From contig NIVC01004928.1 of assembly GCA_002269645.1 (NCBI GenBank), forward strand, positions 1-31,165: a DNA stretch of 31,165 nt. The letters are read 5' to 3'. The position numbers and the translations under genes were made by a program. This DNA is from Macrostomum lignano. Its lineage: Eukaryota. Under the pieces are notes generated by a model. It saw only the letters and a program-made list of their open reading frames with translations. It was not told the DNA's origin and made no database searches. The first letter of the stretch is position 1. Each line of letters starts with the position of its first letter. Of this stretch, positions 11,460 to 24,213 are shown one piece after another.

Positions 11460-11884
11460 CAACGCACATCGTTCGATTTGCACAAAGTTTTAAAGTTTTC
11501 CGACCAAATCCTATCACAACCTTTCCTCTGGCGAAACGTCGAGATTCTCAATTGAGAAATCGCGTACTACGTTGAACCACAAGCTTTTATCTAGACCACG
11601 CCATCAATCCCACCGAGAAACGTTTCGCTAGCAAGACTATTGCGGTCGGGCGAGCATGCAATTTTTGGACCGGGGCAGGGTCCGCCAGCCAGCGGTAACG
11701 ATGGAGTATCAGAGGCGAGGAAAAGAAGGTGGGAGGGTAATTGTCAGGCAGCAAGAAAAAATCCAGTTTTATATAGTCACTCTTGACCCCCTTAAGCCGG
11801 TTAGTCGGGTGGCTGGCCTGCCCCGGGTCTCTAAGCTGCAAACATTGGACTTGTGGCTCACTCTGCCCTGGCTCGCGCCGCTTT

Positions 11885-11938
11885 CTGATTGGTCCGCCGT
11901 TCCAAGCCGGGGCAGATCGCGAGATGCCGGTGACGTCA
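11885..11938. promoter_or_regulatory. Probable promoter elements upstream of the glycosyltransferase: inverted CCAAT box and CRE
   Basis: CTGATTGG (reverse CCAATCAG) at 11885-11892 and palindromic TGACGTCA at 11931-11938 in a CpG-rich stretch. Motif match only. Confidence 0.35.
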
Positions 11939-12376
11939 AACCCCTTCTGTTGTTTGCTGAAAAGTTCTAAAATCAATCAATTTATTTACTTGATGTACTT
12001 TACGTTTTAGTTAACAAACAAACAACCAAATTTTCTGTAGCATGATCACACTACAGGGGCATTTTCTGTTATACCTAATATCATACTGAGCTCGCGCATG
12101 AACAAAAGACGCGCGTTCAGCCCTAACATGTACTTAGTTTGCATATCGCCATCAGGAAACCTCATTTGTATCCTAGGTTTGCATAGCACTCCCGGGCCAG
12201 CCAATGAGAGTCATTCTTTCTCGGCTTGGAATTTTACCCTACAAAAGCAGACGGACGGAGTCTCTGGATTCCAACATGCCCGTGGCGAGAGCTGTTGCTG
12301 GACTTTCTTTCTGTCTTTGGCGTACTTTCTTGACAATAGCTCAGCTCTGGCAGGCACGAGATCAGCGAAGTTGTGC

Positions 12377-13017
12377 ATGCTCCAAGCGGCAGCATTCAGC
12401 TTGTTCAGCTGCTGCCTGCTTCTGCTGCTGCTCCGCACACGGCACCGCTCTGGGTTTGTAAGCTTCGTCGACGGGCGCTATTTGTCTTCGCCTGCGCGTT
12501 CAAAATCTGCAGCCGCTGATGCGCCTGCCGCTGGCGTCGTAGTTGCTGGCTCTCAGGCTCTCAGAGCGGCCACGCAACAGCCGACGGAGGCAGCAGCAGC
12601 CGCCTCCGTGACGGCAGTCAGCCGTTCCGCAGTCGACCTTGAAGCAAAGGTCGGCGCAGACGGTGTTGTGCGAATTTTTCATCAGTCGTGGAAGACGTCA
12701 AAGCTGCCGCCGCGATTTCAGCGCTGGTCGGAGAGCTTCTCCCAGTGCTTGCCCGACTGGCAGCGGCGGCTGTGGACAGATGAGGACAACGAGAAACTCG
12801 TTGCCAAGCACTTTGCGTGGTTTCTGCCAACCTACAAGAAGCTTCATCAGCCAGTGCAGAAGGCGGATGTGTCCCGCTTGCTGTACATGTACAAGTATGG
12901 CGGAGCTTACTGTGACCTGGACTGCGAGTGTCTGAACCCGTTCGGTCACCTGTTCGTCAACGTGAGTCTGGCGTTCGGCGCAATGGCAGGCCACTCGACA
13001 GGGCCAGAAGACGACAG
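12377..13017 (+). CDS. GT32 / Gly_transf_sug (SUR1/Och1-like) DXD glycosyltransferase, exon 1
   Basis: N-terminal hydrophobic anchor (MLQAAAFSLFSCCLLLLLLR), Ala-rich stem, RIFHQSWK...W...LWTD...WFLPTY...VQKADVSRLLYMYKYGGAYCDLD. Phase-2 donor AG|GTAAAC at 13017/13018. The ORF is open upstream to 12098, so the start is uncertain. Confidence 0.88.
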
Positions 13018-13172
13018 GTAAACTAACCCTTTGATTGGCGGAAGTTTGCATTCGCCGACTTAATAGGGGCTAAAGAGTCTTTGGATCGCTTTCATGTAGT
13101 TTAATATTGTAGTTAGACATGCGCGCTGATCTCCAGATTGACCTGTCTCAACCTGTCCTACGGTGTTGCGTG

Positions 13173-13915
13173 CTCGTGATGGATACCTCGCGTACCTCAT
13201 GATTGATACCTCCCGTACTTCATGATGGATACCTCCCGTACCTCATGATGGATACCTCCCGTACCTCATGATTGATACCTCCCGTACCTCATGATGGATA
13301 CCTCCCGTACCTCATGATGGATACCTACCGTACCTCATGATGGATACCTCCCGTACCTCATGATGGATACCTCCCGTACCTCATGATGGATACCTCCCGT
13401 ACCTCATGATGGATACCTCCCATACCTCATGATGGATACCTCCCGTACCTCATGATGGATACCTCCCGTACCTCATGATGGATACCTCCCATACCTCATG
13501 ATGGATACCTCCCGTACCTCATGATGGATACCTCCCATACCTCATGATGGATACCTCCCGTACCTCGTGATGGATACCTCCCGTACCTCATGATGGATAC
13601 CTCCCGTACCTTATGATGGATACCTCCCATACCTCATGATGGATACCTACCGTACCTCATGATGGATACCTACCGTACCTCATGATGGATACCTCCCGTA
13701 CCTCATGATGGATACCTCCCGTACCTCATGATGGATACCTCCCGTACCTCATGATGGATACCTCCCGTATCTCGTGATGGATACCTCCCGTACCTTATGA
13801 TGGATACCTCCCGTACCTTATGATGGATACCTCCCGTTCCACGTGACGGATACCTCCCGTACCTTATGATGGATACCTCCCGTTCCACGTGACGGATACC
13901 TCCCGTAACTCGTGA
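13173..13915 (+). repeat. Intronic minisatellite, 23-bp unit, ~32 copies
   Basis: Head-to-tail CTCATGATGGATACCTCCCGTAC with point variants and more degenerate ends; no spacers. Confidence 0.97.
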
Positions 13916-14360
13916 AGCAAACGTGTGAACTTGAATTACTTGATGGTCTAATATAGCAATCTGTAGCTACATGTAAATTATAATGTTAAATAATGCTTTT
14001 AGGAGTTTTGACATAATCTGTTTTGGAAAAAAAGGCTTGCCAAGCGTATGATCACATGTATAACAGCATATAGCAACTAACCACTGCGATGCGAGATCGC
14101 TAAAAATACGCCAGCATCTTTCCAGCCAAGGCTGTAGCCCCGGGACTTGTAATTTTTTTGGCATGAGACTTCAAATTGAGGCTGACAAAAATAACTACAG
14201 AGGCCTAGGTTATTGAGCTGCGACCTTGCGAGTACACCGTGAGACAGATTTGGGGTCAGCTTAAAAATTAAAATATTATCCTTTTGCAAATGGCAGTTTA
14301 ATGAGATGAGCCATGCCCCACTTCAATGTCTACGCTCCATTGAGAAATGATGCTTATAAT

Positions 14361-14620
14361 GAATGAGCTATGCTGATGCAGTCTGATGGTGTGTTCCGGA
14401 ATGAGCTGATTCAGTTTGATGGTGTGTTCCAGACTGAGCTGATGCAGTTTGATGGTATGTCCCGGGATAACCTGATGGAGTTTGATGGTGTGTTTTGGAA
14501 TGAGCTGATGCAGTTTGATGGTGTGTTCCGGAATGAGCTGATGCAGTTTGATGGTGTGTTCCGGAATGAGCTGATGCAGTTTGATGGTGTGTTCCGGAAT
14601 GACCTGATCCAATTTGATGA
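14361..14620 (+). repeat. Intronic minisatellite, 33-bp unit, ~8 copies
   Basis: Unit GAGCTGATGCAGTTTGATGGTGTGTTCCGGAAT; it produces the repeat ORFs ELMQFDGVFRN (+) and IPEHTIKLHQL (-). Confidence 0.95.
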
Positions 14621-14711
14621 TCTATACTGATGAATTTGAAGTTGGTCTGATTTTTGATAAAGTTTCGATTAGATTCCTCATTACATCAAATCAACGCCTC
14701 TCATCTTGCAG

Positions 14712-15111
14712 GTACATGACCGAAGGCCAGGTTGAGAACAGCTTCATGTACAGCGTGCCGGGGCATCCATTCGTGATGGAGCTGATCAAACAGGTGGAGA
14801 AGCGACCGTTCGGGTCGCCCGAGGACACCACCGGACCCTACCTGCTGATGCGGGGCATCAATCGGAAGCGAAAATCACCTGACGGAATGCCTGCCACATT
14901 TCGCGGCCTGAAATACCTGACGATCTTTCCGCCGAGGTATTTCAATCCGTTCACCTGGCTGGGCAGGACCGAGCCGGCCTGCAAGGACAAGGGCGGCTTC
15001 ACACGAGCCGAGGAGGAGCTCTGCAAGGCGGCGTTCAGGAACTCGAGCTACGTACTGCAGTACCACACCCAGGTGTGGCTGGCCGGGGGCCGGCATCTCA
15101 ATAAAGACTGA
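14712..15111 (+). CDS. GT32 glycosyltransferase, exon 2
   Basis: Acceptor TCTTGCAG|G restores the Arg codon in phase 2. VENSFMYSVPGHPFV...TTGPYLL...IFPPRYFNP...YVLQYHTQVW is a typical GT32 C-terminal half. Stop TGA at 15109-15111. Confidence 0.88.
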
Positions 15112-15796
15112 AGAGCAATGTGTGAAGATGAATTGCTAATCTAGCACAGCTTGAAAGTAGAACGAATGTCTTTATAAACCAAGCAATTATAGTCACAGCT
15201 GGAGTTAACTGCCGCGCTGCGGACGAACTGATGTGCATCGATTTATTTTGATCATATTTTATTTTTGCTTTACAGCTTCAGCTTTCTGTGACCTGTTTTG
15301 CCAAACATAAATATCTTTTAACTGATTTCTGTAACTGTCTGTCTGTCAAAACTGTTATTTTCAATATTTATGTATCGACGCCAACTTTATTAATTCAATA
15401 TGGCAATATAATGCCAAAAAGTGCCTATTGATTTCAAATTCATTATAATTACCCCAAGCCCGAATCTTCTTGGCTTCCTGTTTATAGTTCAGCGATTATG
15501 TCTGGCTGTTCCTTGAAGTACGCTTTTGCAGTGCTGTGGTGGCAGTTCTGTGGTCGCAGATATTTGCGTATATTAATCCATAGCTGTAATTTAGGCTAGA
15601 TTGATCAAAAGCGCAGTTTACTGCCTTGGGGTGAGAATCTAACTCTGCGTTTGTGCGCACAGCTACCATGGCCTATAGCATTTGCCCAGCTATCTGCACA
15701 TGTGAACACCCGAAAGCCGCTCAAAATATGTAGCTAAACCATGCATGGGGGGCAGGGAGCATGAAACAGGTGATTAGGACCCAGCTGAGCCAGTCT

Positions 15797-16258
15797 GTTT
15801 TTTGCTGCACCGGAACGGAGCAACGCTGCAGCTCACGAAATTCAAGAACACGGGCTAACTTTTTGTTGTACACCTTCTCAAACAAGAATCCAGTCCAGAA
15901 TCGAGATATTCGTCGATTCTGCCAGAAGTTAGGATTTTTTCCATTTTTCCCACGGAATAACGACTGAATGCTTGAGAAGCTAGTTGAGGATACCTAGCAG
16001 CTGAGGCTTACCCATTATTGAAGCTTGATAACAAAAGCCTGACATGCATGTAGTTGCAACAGGATCTCCATGCTAGAGAGACTAACTGAAGATGTCCAGC
16101 AGTTGTGTGATTTTCCTTCTGTCGAGGCTTGATCAGCGAACCTCGAGAAATTTGCAACAGCGGGTCCATAGTCACCTGGTGCTACCTGTTGAAGGTCCAG
16201 AAGCTCCGCCTGGGTGAAAGCCAGTGACAAACGAAGTCACAGCTGATGCAGACACATG
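15797..16258. pseudogene. Rearranged copy of a decayed coding sequence of unknown family (paralog of 17400-17912)
   Basis: 15797-15952(+) matches the reverse complement of ~17758-17912. 16069-16258 and 15966-16035 match 17467-17658 in direct orientation. Confidence 0.55.
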
Positions 16259-17047
16259 ATTTCAAAGGGCGTGAGCGGAATTAGTTATCGACGAGACCCA
16301 ACAGTTGAGTTAAGGCTCCTCCGGTAAAAGCCTTGATAAAGTGCGCCAAAATCTGCCGCATTTAACACTTACTCCGCACTTACTCGTATTTATAAAGCGC
16401 AACATTCAATGCACAAGTATCGAAATAGGCCAATGTGGGATAAGCTCCATTTATATTTACAACGCTTCAAAGACAGTAAGTAAACCACTGCAGATTTTTT
16501 AGAGCAGTCAACTTCTGAAAAATATAAAATGTAACCCAAAATCGACGACTTCCACTCAAGGACGACATAAGTAGTAGGACGGGAAACCTCGTTTCTTAGA
16601 AAAATTTTAGAAAGCAGGTTTTCCCGAAAAAATACACTAGGGAGATAGGGATTTTTGTTATTGCTTTTGATTGGAGGCAGATCCAGTGTTCATCTTTTGA
16701 TATGTTGTGCCTTTCTTATTGCTCTATCGATATTTATAAAGCTTTTCGTTCAGAAAAATAGGATTCTATGTTAATTTATTATTCTACGTACGAAAAATCA
16801 AACATTCTTTGATTCTTTTGTTAACACGACCTGTTTGATGGCATAAATTTCGGGATTTATGCCAAACGCATATCCAGCAGATTGCAGACATCAGTATTAA
16901 CGGTGAAAAAACAGTCTTTACGAATAAAAGGTATGCGTTTGAGTCCATAAAGTTTTGAGGAAACACACCAAGAAAGAAAACATGTATAAAAAGTTTGACG
17001 CAAAGTCCAGTCAAGTTACAGTTGGCTTCTAAGATCACGTTCTTCAC

Positions 17048-17115
17048 CAGGGGTTGGCAAACTCTGGCCCGCGGGTCCTTTGAAACTAATTCACAATAGC
17101 AATCCGGCCCGCTCA
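17048..17115 (+). mobile_element. hAT (Charlie/Buster-type) transposon end, truncated
   Basis: CAGGGGTTGGCAAACTCTGGCCCGCGGG followed by AATCCGGCCCGC is the typical Charlie-group terminus. No opposite end was found. Confidence 0.55.
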
Positions 17116-17399
17116 AGGTTTGTGTCTTTTCTCAGCTCCCTTCTCTACTTTCTCGAGTTTCTTCCAATCCTCAGCTATAGGGATTTCAGTGCCGGGTTAT
17201 TTATTAATGAAGACGCACTTTTTCGATCTTTGAACCGGCGATTGAGTGCCTATCTCTTTTCTTTTACTAATAGTAGGCTAGTGAGCAGAGGGCTTTATTT
17301 TTAATGCCTGGGGTTCTGAATTTCCTGATTTAAGGACAATTACTGTTTAGGGATATTTTGCGTAGCAAGTTATCTTGCCGAACTTTGATTTACGATCAC

Positions 17400-17912
17400 C
17401 TACCTGCCACTTTTGGCGCCTAAGATACTGAAAAAGTGCATGATCTTCAGTGGATTTGTGATGACGAAATGCTTGAGAGACTAGCTGAGGATTTCCAGCA
17501 GTTGGGGCTTGCCCACACTGTCGAGGCTTGATGGGCGAAACTATAGAGAAATTCGCATCAGGGTGTCCATAGTCACCTGGGCCCCCAGTTGAAGGTCCAG
17601 AAGCTCTGCCTGGGTGAAGGCTAGTGACCAACGAAGTCACAGCTGATGCAGATACATAAGGTCGACGTGCTGTTGAAATTTGGAGACTTGGGAAGGCTGC
17701 ACTGAGGCGCAGTGTGTTGATTGGCGCACAGGGGTGTACTCTGAATACACTTGCGCTTATGGGAAAAATCCGACCTTCTGGCAGAATCGTCAAATATCTC
17801 GACGGTCTGGAGGGCTGGCGACTTGATTCCTGTTTGAGAAGGTGAGGAACAAAAAGTTGGCCTGTGTTCACGAATTTCGTGTGACTGCATACGGCGCAGC
17901 AAAAAAATTGTC
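17400..17912 (-). pseudogene. Decayed coding sequence, unknown family
   Basis: The frame conserved with the 15.8-16.3 kb copy (QANFLFLTFSNRNQ...RFCQKVGFFP; LAFTQAELLDLQ) carries several in-frame stops. Confidence 0.45.
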
Positions 17913-18289
17913 AGGAACTACCTTCTTTGTAGTTCGACCGACGGGCGCAAAAATGGCTTGGTAATCCTACTTTTAAACTCCATATAAAGCATACACTTGA
18001 CAACTTTGCAGGATAATATAGTATACATGTGTATGCAAAAAATCCCTGAAAATGGAATCAGTCTTTTAAGGTCGTTATAAGCATGCATGTTTTATATCAA
18101 AATAATTTACCGCTGGAAGTTTCACATTAGGCAATTACTGAATAGGTTTATCAAAAAAATTAATTTGCAGCAAATTTTCCAGTTAATTTCGCATTGAAAT
18201 CTACGCTGAATCTGTGTTTACATTTTAATGCGGTGTTTTGGACGCGGTTATCCGCGCGCGCTGTCTAAAATCGCATTGTTCTATAGCTA

Positions 18290-20925
18290 TACTTAAAGAT
18301 TTAAGAAACGCTGCTAGACATGCCTGCAGAAGATATAAAACCTTCCCTACTCACAACAACCTCTCAAGCAAAGTACAACTCAAAAAAGCATACGAAAAAA
18401 AGCTCACTTCATGGAAATTTGAAACAACTCCCTGTGCAGACAACATGATCAACCAGGCCTTTATTCAAAACGATACAAAACAACTTTGGAACCTATTAAA
18501 AACACCAAATCCCTCAAACAACAGAGTAACAATTGATGAAAAATTTATCATACACTTTCAAAATCTTGTAACTGAACAAGACAGCAGCATTAGACTTTCA
18601 TACAATCTTCACCTTGACAACCCTATTCTGGCTGATTTAGAGGCTTTCAATGCCCCATTCACCAAAGAAGAAGTTATAAAACATATTAAAAAGCTCAAAA
18701 CCGACAAAGCACCTGGGCACGATAAAGTATATGTAGAAACACTCAAATACCTCGAGAACGAACTTGCTGACCTCCTATGCTCACTTTTCAACAAAGCACT
18801 CAAACAAGGAACCTTCCCAACTAGTTGGATAACAAATACACTTCATCCGATTTATAAAAACAAAGGCAGCAGTGCCGACCCCAACAATTACAGAGGAATC
18901 TGCATTAAACCAATTCTTGGTTTATTAAATCCAGACTCGAAAACCTAGCATACGCAAACAATCTTACTGGTATATCAAAATACCAATACGGTTGCAAGCC
19001 CAATCACAGCACAATCGACCAATGTTTTAATCTTTACAACATTATAAACCAATCCATCTACAACAAAGAAGAACTCTTTATTGGATTTGTTGACTATGAA
19101 AAAGCCTTCGATAGCTTAAATCAACCGACCCTTTGGCACAAAACGGATAACCAGGGTATTAAAGGTCAAATGACGGAACTTATCAAGAACATGCATAAAA
19201 ATGCCTGCTTCATTCTAAAAAAAGATGATGATGATGATGATGAAACCCAGCCAATCCCTATCTAAAGGTGTTCTTCAAGGCAACCCTCTCTCTACCATCC
19301 TTTTTGAACTATATATTGACGACATTGTTGAATATCTTGAACTCTCTAGCGCTAGGCGCTCTCTTTCGAGATCTGCTTTCCCACTCATCCTACTCTTTGC
19401 AGACGATCAAGCCATTCTAGCTAAAAACAAAGACGAACTTCAAGACACATTTACGACTATGGAAAATTACTGCAAACAAAATTACTTGAAAGTAAACGCA
19501 AGCAAAACAAAGTTCATGCAGGGCAATACCAGACAAAAAAACGACACAGAAAGCATTGCTACAAAAATATACTACGACAACCAAGAAATAGAGGAAGTAA
19601 ATGAATTTAAATACCTGGGAATTATTTTTGAACCAAAAAACAGCTTTAAAAAATGTATTGAACACCAAACTAAGCAGGGATATACAGCCATGTTTTCCCT
19701 ACTCCATAGGGTAAAGAATACGTCCCTAGACATCACACTCATTCGCAGACTATTCGACGCGCTTGTTACCCCCGTTATCACTTACGGTTGTGAGCTCTGG
19801 GGCCCTCTGGCTACCATGTCTGATACAAAAGCTATTGATAATATTCAGCTGAAATTCTACAAATATCTCCTCAATCTACCAAAATTTGCTAGCAACAGTG
19901 TGATATCATCAGAACTTGAGCTTACTTCAATCTCTCAACGAATCGCTAAAACCTACCTCATCTACTGGCTGAAGATTAGACACAAAAAACTCTGCCAAAC
20001 GACTCTAGAAATTTTCTACTCAAACCCGGCCAAAAAAATCCATGGAAAATGAATGTACTAAAGAAACTAGAAAGTATAGACCTAAAAGCACTAACTGAAG
20101 ATAAACTTTCCCAAAGCTTTAATAACGAGAAATACCTAGTGAAAAAGCACCTCAAGATACACAGAGAAAGAGAACTTAGCCAAAAGCTAGAGAATTGCAG
20201 CAACATATTAAACTCTACAAAAACGCCTATCTCTACAAAAAAATCTGCAGGCCCGACCTTTCAGATTACTTTCCATGCACATTTAGAAACAAAAAATTCT
20301 TAACAACCCTCCTAAAACTGAAATGCGAGAGTACACCCAACTTTTTTTCTCAAGAACCCATGTAAAATGTGTGGAGCGCGAAATGGTTCTGACATTCTAC
20401 ACTACTTGACCGAATGTCCACAAACTGAAGAGATCAGGAAAAAATACTTCTGTCAATATCTCTTAAATGGCAATCAAATACACAAGATAGGATATGCTAC
20501 AAATGAAAAAAGAGTCAGAAAAGAACTCACTGGTGTAGCTAAAATATATGAAGTTATGAATAGCCAAAACAGTTAAACAAACTGAATCAGATACATTAGC
20601 AGTGTAACAAATCCGCTTTTCAGTTATTTATTCATTTACTGTCTTTTTTAATTTCCTATTTAAATCGTCGTTATTCGTTAAACGTAAAGTTCGTCGAAGT
20701 ATGTTTATGTTCGTTTTTCCCGCTTTGAAATATCACGCGTTTTCAAAAATACTGCATCTTTTTACAAAAAAACTTTAGACGCTCTTTCAAATACCTTACT
20801 TTTACAAATATCGTAACTCGCATCGTAACTCGTGTAAAAATTTAACTTTTGAACAAATACTAAATACATCGGATTATACTGGCAAAACAGGCTCCTTAAG
20901 CCTGAGCCAAATTTACTACTACATA
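18290..20925 (+). mobile_element. 5'-truncated non-LTR retrotransposon (RTE/RTEX-like), RT domain plus C-terminal CCHC motif
   Basis: KAPGHD, PIYKNKGSSADPNNYRGI, FVDYEKAFDS, GVLQGNPLS, LFADD, FKYLG, LFDALVTPVITYGCELWG, and CKMC...HYLTECP. The sequence is A-rich, with a 3' UTR ending near short TAC/CAT repeats (~20915-20935). No APE endonuclease is present. Boundaries are approximate. Confidence 0.92.
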
Positions 20926-21434
20926 TACATCATCATGTAGTGTGTAGGAAAAACTGGTTGTCTATTGACTGGGTATTCAATACATTTTTGAATTGCTCCA
21001 TACTGCTAACCGCATAACTTGACTTGAAGAAGTAAGAGTAGTAAAATGCAGAATCTGCAGTCATCAATGCAGTGCAGTGTATATATTTAAATTAAAGTTA
21101 CGCAGCTTGGTATTGGTCAATCGTCATTTCATGACCAATGAAATAATGATCAATGTCAATGATGTGGTTTGTTCCTCATGGATTTAGTAGGCCCTTATAG
21201 TAATTTTTTAATCCTGTTGGTTGTATTTTTAAATTTACAAGTAGGCCTAATTATTTATAATATTGTAGGCCCCTAATAATTATTCTGTATTAAATAAAAT
21301 TGAAATTGTGAATAAAATTCTTTTTTCTTTTTTCAATACTCAATAGTTTAGGCCTAGAGTTGTTGACCATGACTAGGCCTATAGTAAAAAACTTAATATG
21401 CTAAATTATTAATGCTAGAGCTAGAAGAAATGCT

Positions 21435-22023
21435 GGCTATCCTATCCTTCAGTTTCGTTCGTTTAATTATTTTCAGTCTTAGGCCTATATTATTTTTTAC
21501 CCCTTTTTCAGCATGGTGGGTCACCCATCTGCTTCGACAACAATTGTCACGACATGAAATAAGACTATCATTGCCGCATGGTGTCCTTCATCGGTGTCTT
21601 GAGGGCCCACTAGTACAGGAAGTCCACTAGTTGGGTTAGCTGCAAGTGGCTACACTCAAAGAATGAGCCTTTCCTGATAGACTCCTGAGTGCGGCAGTCC
21701 TTGCAGGCCCAGGCCTAGCCATCAACGTAACGATCACCTTGATGACATTGAAGCTGCATTTAGGGTGTCATAGAGCAGTTATCGTTGTGGCACTGGCGCT
21801 CGTTAGGCAGCAGCCGGTACTTCACCAGCCAGCGCATCACAGATTGGTGTCAGCAGTCAGGATAGGCCTAGCAAGGTCACGCATCTTCATGAATGGAAGA
21901 TCGCATAGGTCAGTCGTTGGCCTGACCTCAGCCAGTGGACAATCGTCGTTGGAGCAGATGGGTGACCCGCCATGCTAAAAAAGGGGTAAAAAATAATTAA
22001 ACAAACAAAACTGAAGGATAGCC
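21435..22023 (-). mobile_element. Merlin (IS1595/ISXO2-like) non-autonomous derivative with long TIRs and a decayed transposase N-terminus
   Basis: Inverted arms ~21435-21551 and ~21937-22023 begin GGCTATCC. The minus-strand frame reads WLVKYRLLPNERQCHNDNC...DG*AWACKDCRTQESIRKGSFFECSHLQLTQLVDFLY*W, the Merlin zinc-ribbon/SIRxGSFF region, with in-frame stops. Confidence 0.8.
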
Positions 22024-22651
22024 CTAATCGCTAATATGGAAGACAAAATTTTAGTAAAAGTTTTTTACTATTGAAAAGGCCTGTCTTTGCTCTTTTCAAA
22101 TGCAATGCTTATTCTATTCAATTCACTTTACATGCATAGAATAAAAAATGAAGGCTCAAAATTAAGAAGAAAAGTACTTTGGCAAAAATAAGAAACCTTT
22201 TAAAAATGTTTTTTTTATTGATTTGGGATGATATTAATAACAAACTATATCTATATTATATATTTTTCATAAAAATTAGTTTTAAAAAAACTGCAATTGG
22301 CCTATGCTAAGGGCTCCAGTGAGATTTTGAAACTTCTAAATTTCTAATTTAAGATGTCAGATATGAACTTAAAAGTCAAAATGGAGCCCAAAGCCTCTTC
22401 ATTACAATCATTCTAGAACCAGAATCAGTTTGGATTTCCAAGAAAAAAAGCAGTATAACTATTTAACTTTGTTGAATGTTTGACTGCCTTAACAGCCCCA
22501 CTTTACACAATTTTTCACTTTCTTCTTGGCTTTTGCCATTCAATAATCACAATTTTAAAGCACTAATATCCCTTTAGTTTAGGAGACAAAAAGTTATACT
22601 TTACAAAATGGTTTTGGTTCTAGAACCAGAACAAGCAATATGAAGAGCCTC

Positions 22652-23919
22652 CAGGTCCAAATTTCTCTATGTCAATCTCTTCATTTGGAGCCAAATAGTT
22701 CCTGTTATGCCTAAAACCAACCACTTTAGAATTTGGGATATCTATAGGGAGAAATAGGGATTTCATGTGAACTTAACTTTAAGCTACCAGATAGTCAGCA
22801 AAGCTGACCATGGACTAACAGCCTTTACTTCTAGTAATTTTTTGGAGTCTGGTAAAAGAAAGTTAAGTGCTGCCACAGATAATAAAACATTAGATATTTT
22901 ATTCTGCATTGAGTTAAGCAATTTTTTGTTATAGTCTATGGCTCAAAAAAGTGTCTATTCTTTAGGTGAGCATCAGTGTGTATATGGCAAAAAAAATTGC
23001 TAGTTGCTCCCATGCTTGGGCGCAACCTAGGGATTTACCTGGCTGTTTCTATTGATAACACACATGTAAGTTGCTATTGGACAGAATAGTAGTCATGTGA
23101 CTGCTCTCAGCCAATAGCGACTTATATGTGTGTGTTGCCAATAGAAATGGCTGAGTGATTCCCAAGGTTGTGCATATATGGTTGCTCCAAAAATGAATTT
23201 TGACATAAGGCACTGCTGTTTGAGGCATCCATGTTCGTTCACACTACTAACCAAAGAGTAGTTGCAAAAATCTAAACAAGATCTGTGAGTGCTGCATAGT
23301 AGCCATTCCTGCCGAGCATGGTCAGCAATGCTGACCATTTACAAAAATGGGTGAAATAAGTCCTACTTATCTGCAATGGAATGTAGCAACTTGGTTTCAG
23401 CATTCTCTATGATGACATCATCAGTCTCAGAATCTAATGTATGAAAAATGACCATGGTTGTAGCTGATTTACTTTTCAATAAAATGACGCACTACTCGAA
23501 TGAAGTGCTTATTAAGTAGGTGCAGTGCTTTCTCTTTCAAAAAGGCCTGATTGCAGATTTTAAAGTGAACCGTAGTGTCTATAGCTAGATATCAAGTGTA
23601 CACACTGCATAATCTATTTAGAGAGCATAAAGTAAACTGCACTTTAAAACTGCTTTTTTCTACCTAGATTTGTCTAAGCTGAGTCCAAAATGCTCCCTTC
23701 TCAGCTAGAAAGGCTTTGTACAGGGGCGCAATAAGATTCTAGCTATGGTCTATGATCAGTCAGCCCAGCTGACCATGTCGACAGGAATGGAGCTTTTGTA
23801 TTTCTAGCTCCAGCGCGAAAAGGTTAAGGTGCCAGAAAAGAGTCTAAAGCATCAGGTCCCAATTTCTCTATGCCAATCCCTTCATTTAGAGCCAAATAGC
23901 TCCCATTATGCCTAAAACC
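22652..23919. repeat. AT-rich degenerate element with dispersed direct repeats (probable old non-autonomous transposon)
   Basis: 67-bp direct repeat at 22652-22718 and 23853-23919 (7 mismatches by eye). GTCAGC...GCTGACCATG motif at ~22790 and ~23760, with a related copy at ~23320. Confidence 0.45.
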
Positions 23920-24213
23920 CATTTTATTTTCGCTCATTAAGTTGGTACTGTTCTCACTTCTTCATTTATTAAAGCTAAAAACAAAATCCTACACATAAAA
24001 GCCTCATTGAGGAATTACAAATGATTGACTACTGCTGTAATTTAATATCGAATTGATTTTTCTACCTATTTTATTGGAAACGGGACTCGCATGTCTATCA
24101 ATCGATCCAAGGCCTCTCTTTGCCAGTCACTTTAATGTTATCCCAATTTCTGCTTGTAAAAAGTCCCCTCTAGCGACTCGTAAATCCCGGACCCCAGGAT
24201 CTCTCTTGCACAC

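Noticed and set aside
11587-12010. Overlapping ORFs on both strands
   Set aside because: This is a GC-rich promoter-like region with no domain signature.
13173-13915. 23-bp array as a CRISPR array
   Set aside because: The units are contiguous with no unique spacers, there are no cas genes, and the array lies in a spliceosomal intron.
16784-17304. ORFs 16784-17116(-) and 17080-17304(+)
   Set aside because: AT-rich sequence overlapping a hAT terminus; no homology recognised.
19224-19243. (GAT)n run read as MMMMMM start of ORF 19225
   Set aside because: In the true RT frame it encodes DDDDDD; the ORF start is an artefact of the adjacent frameshift.
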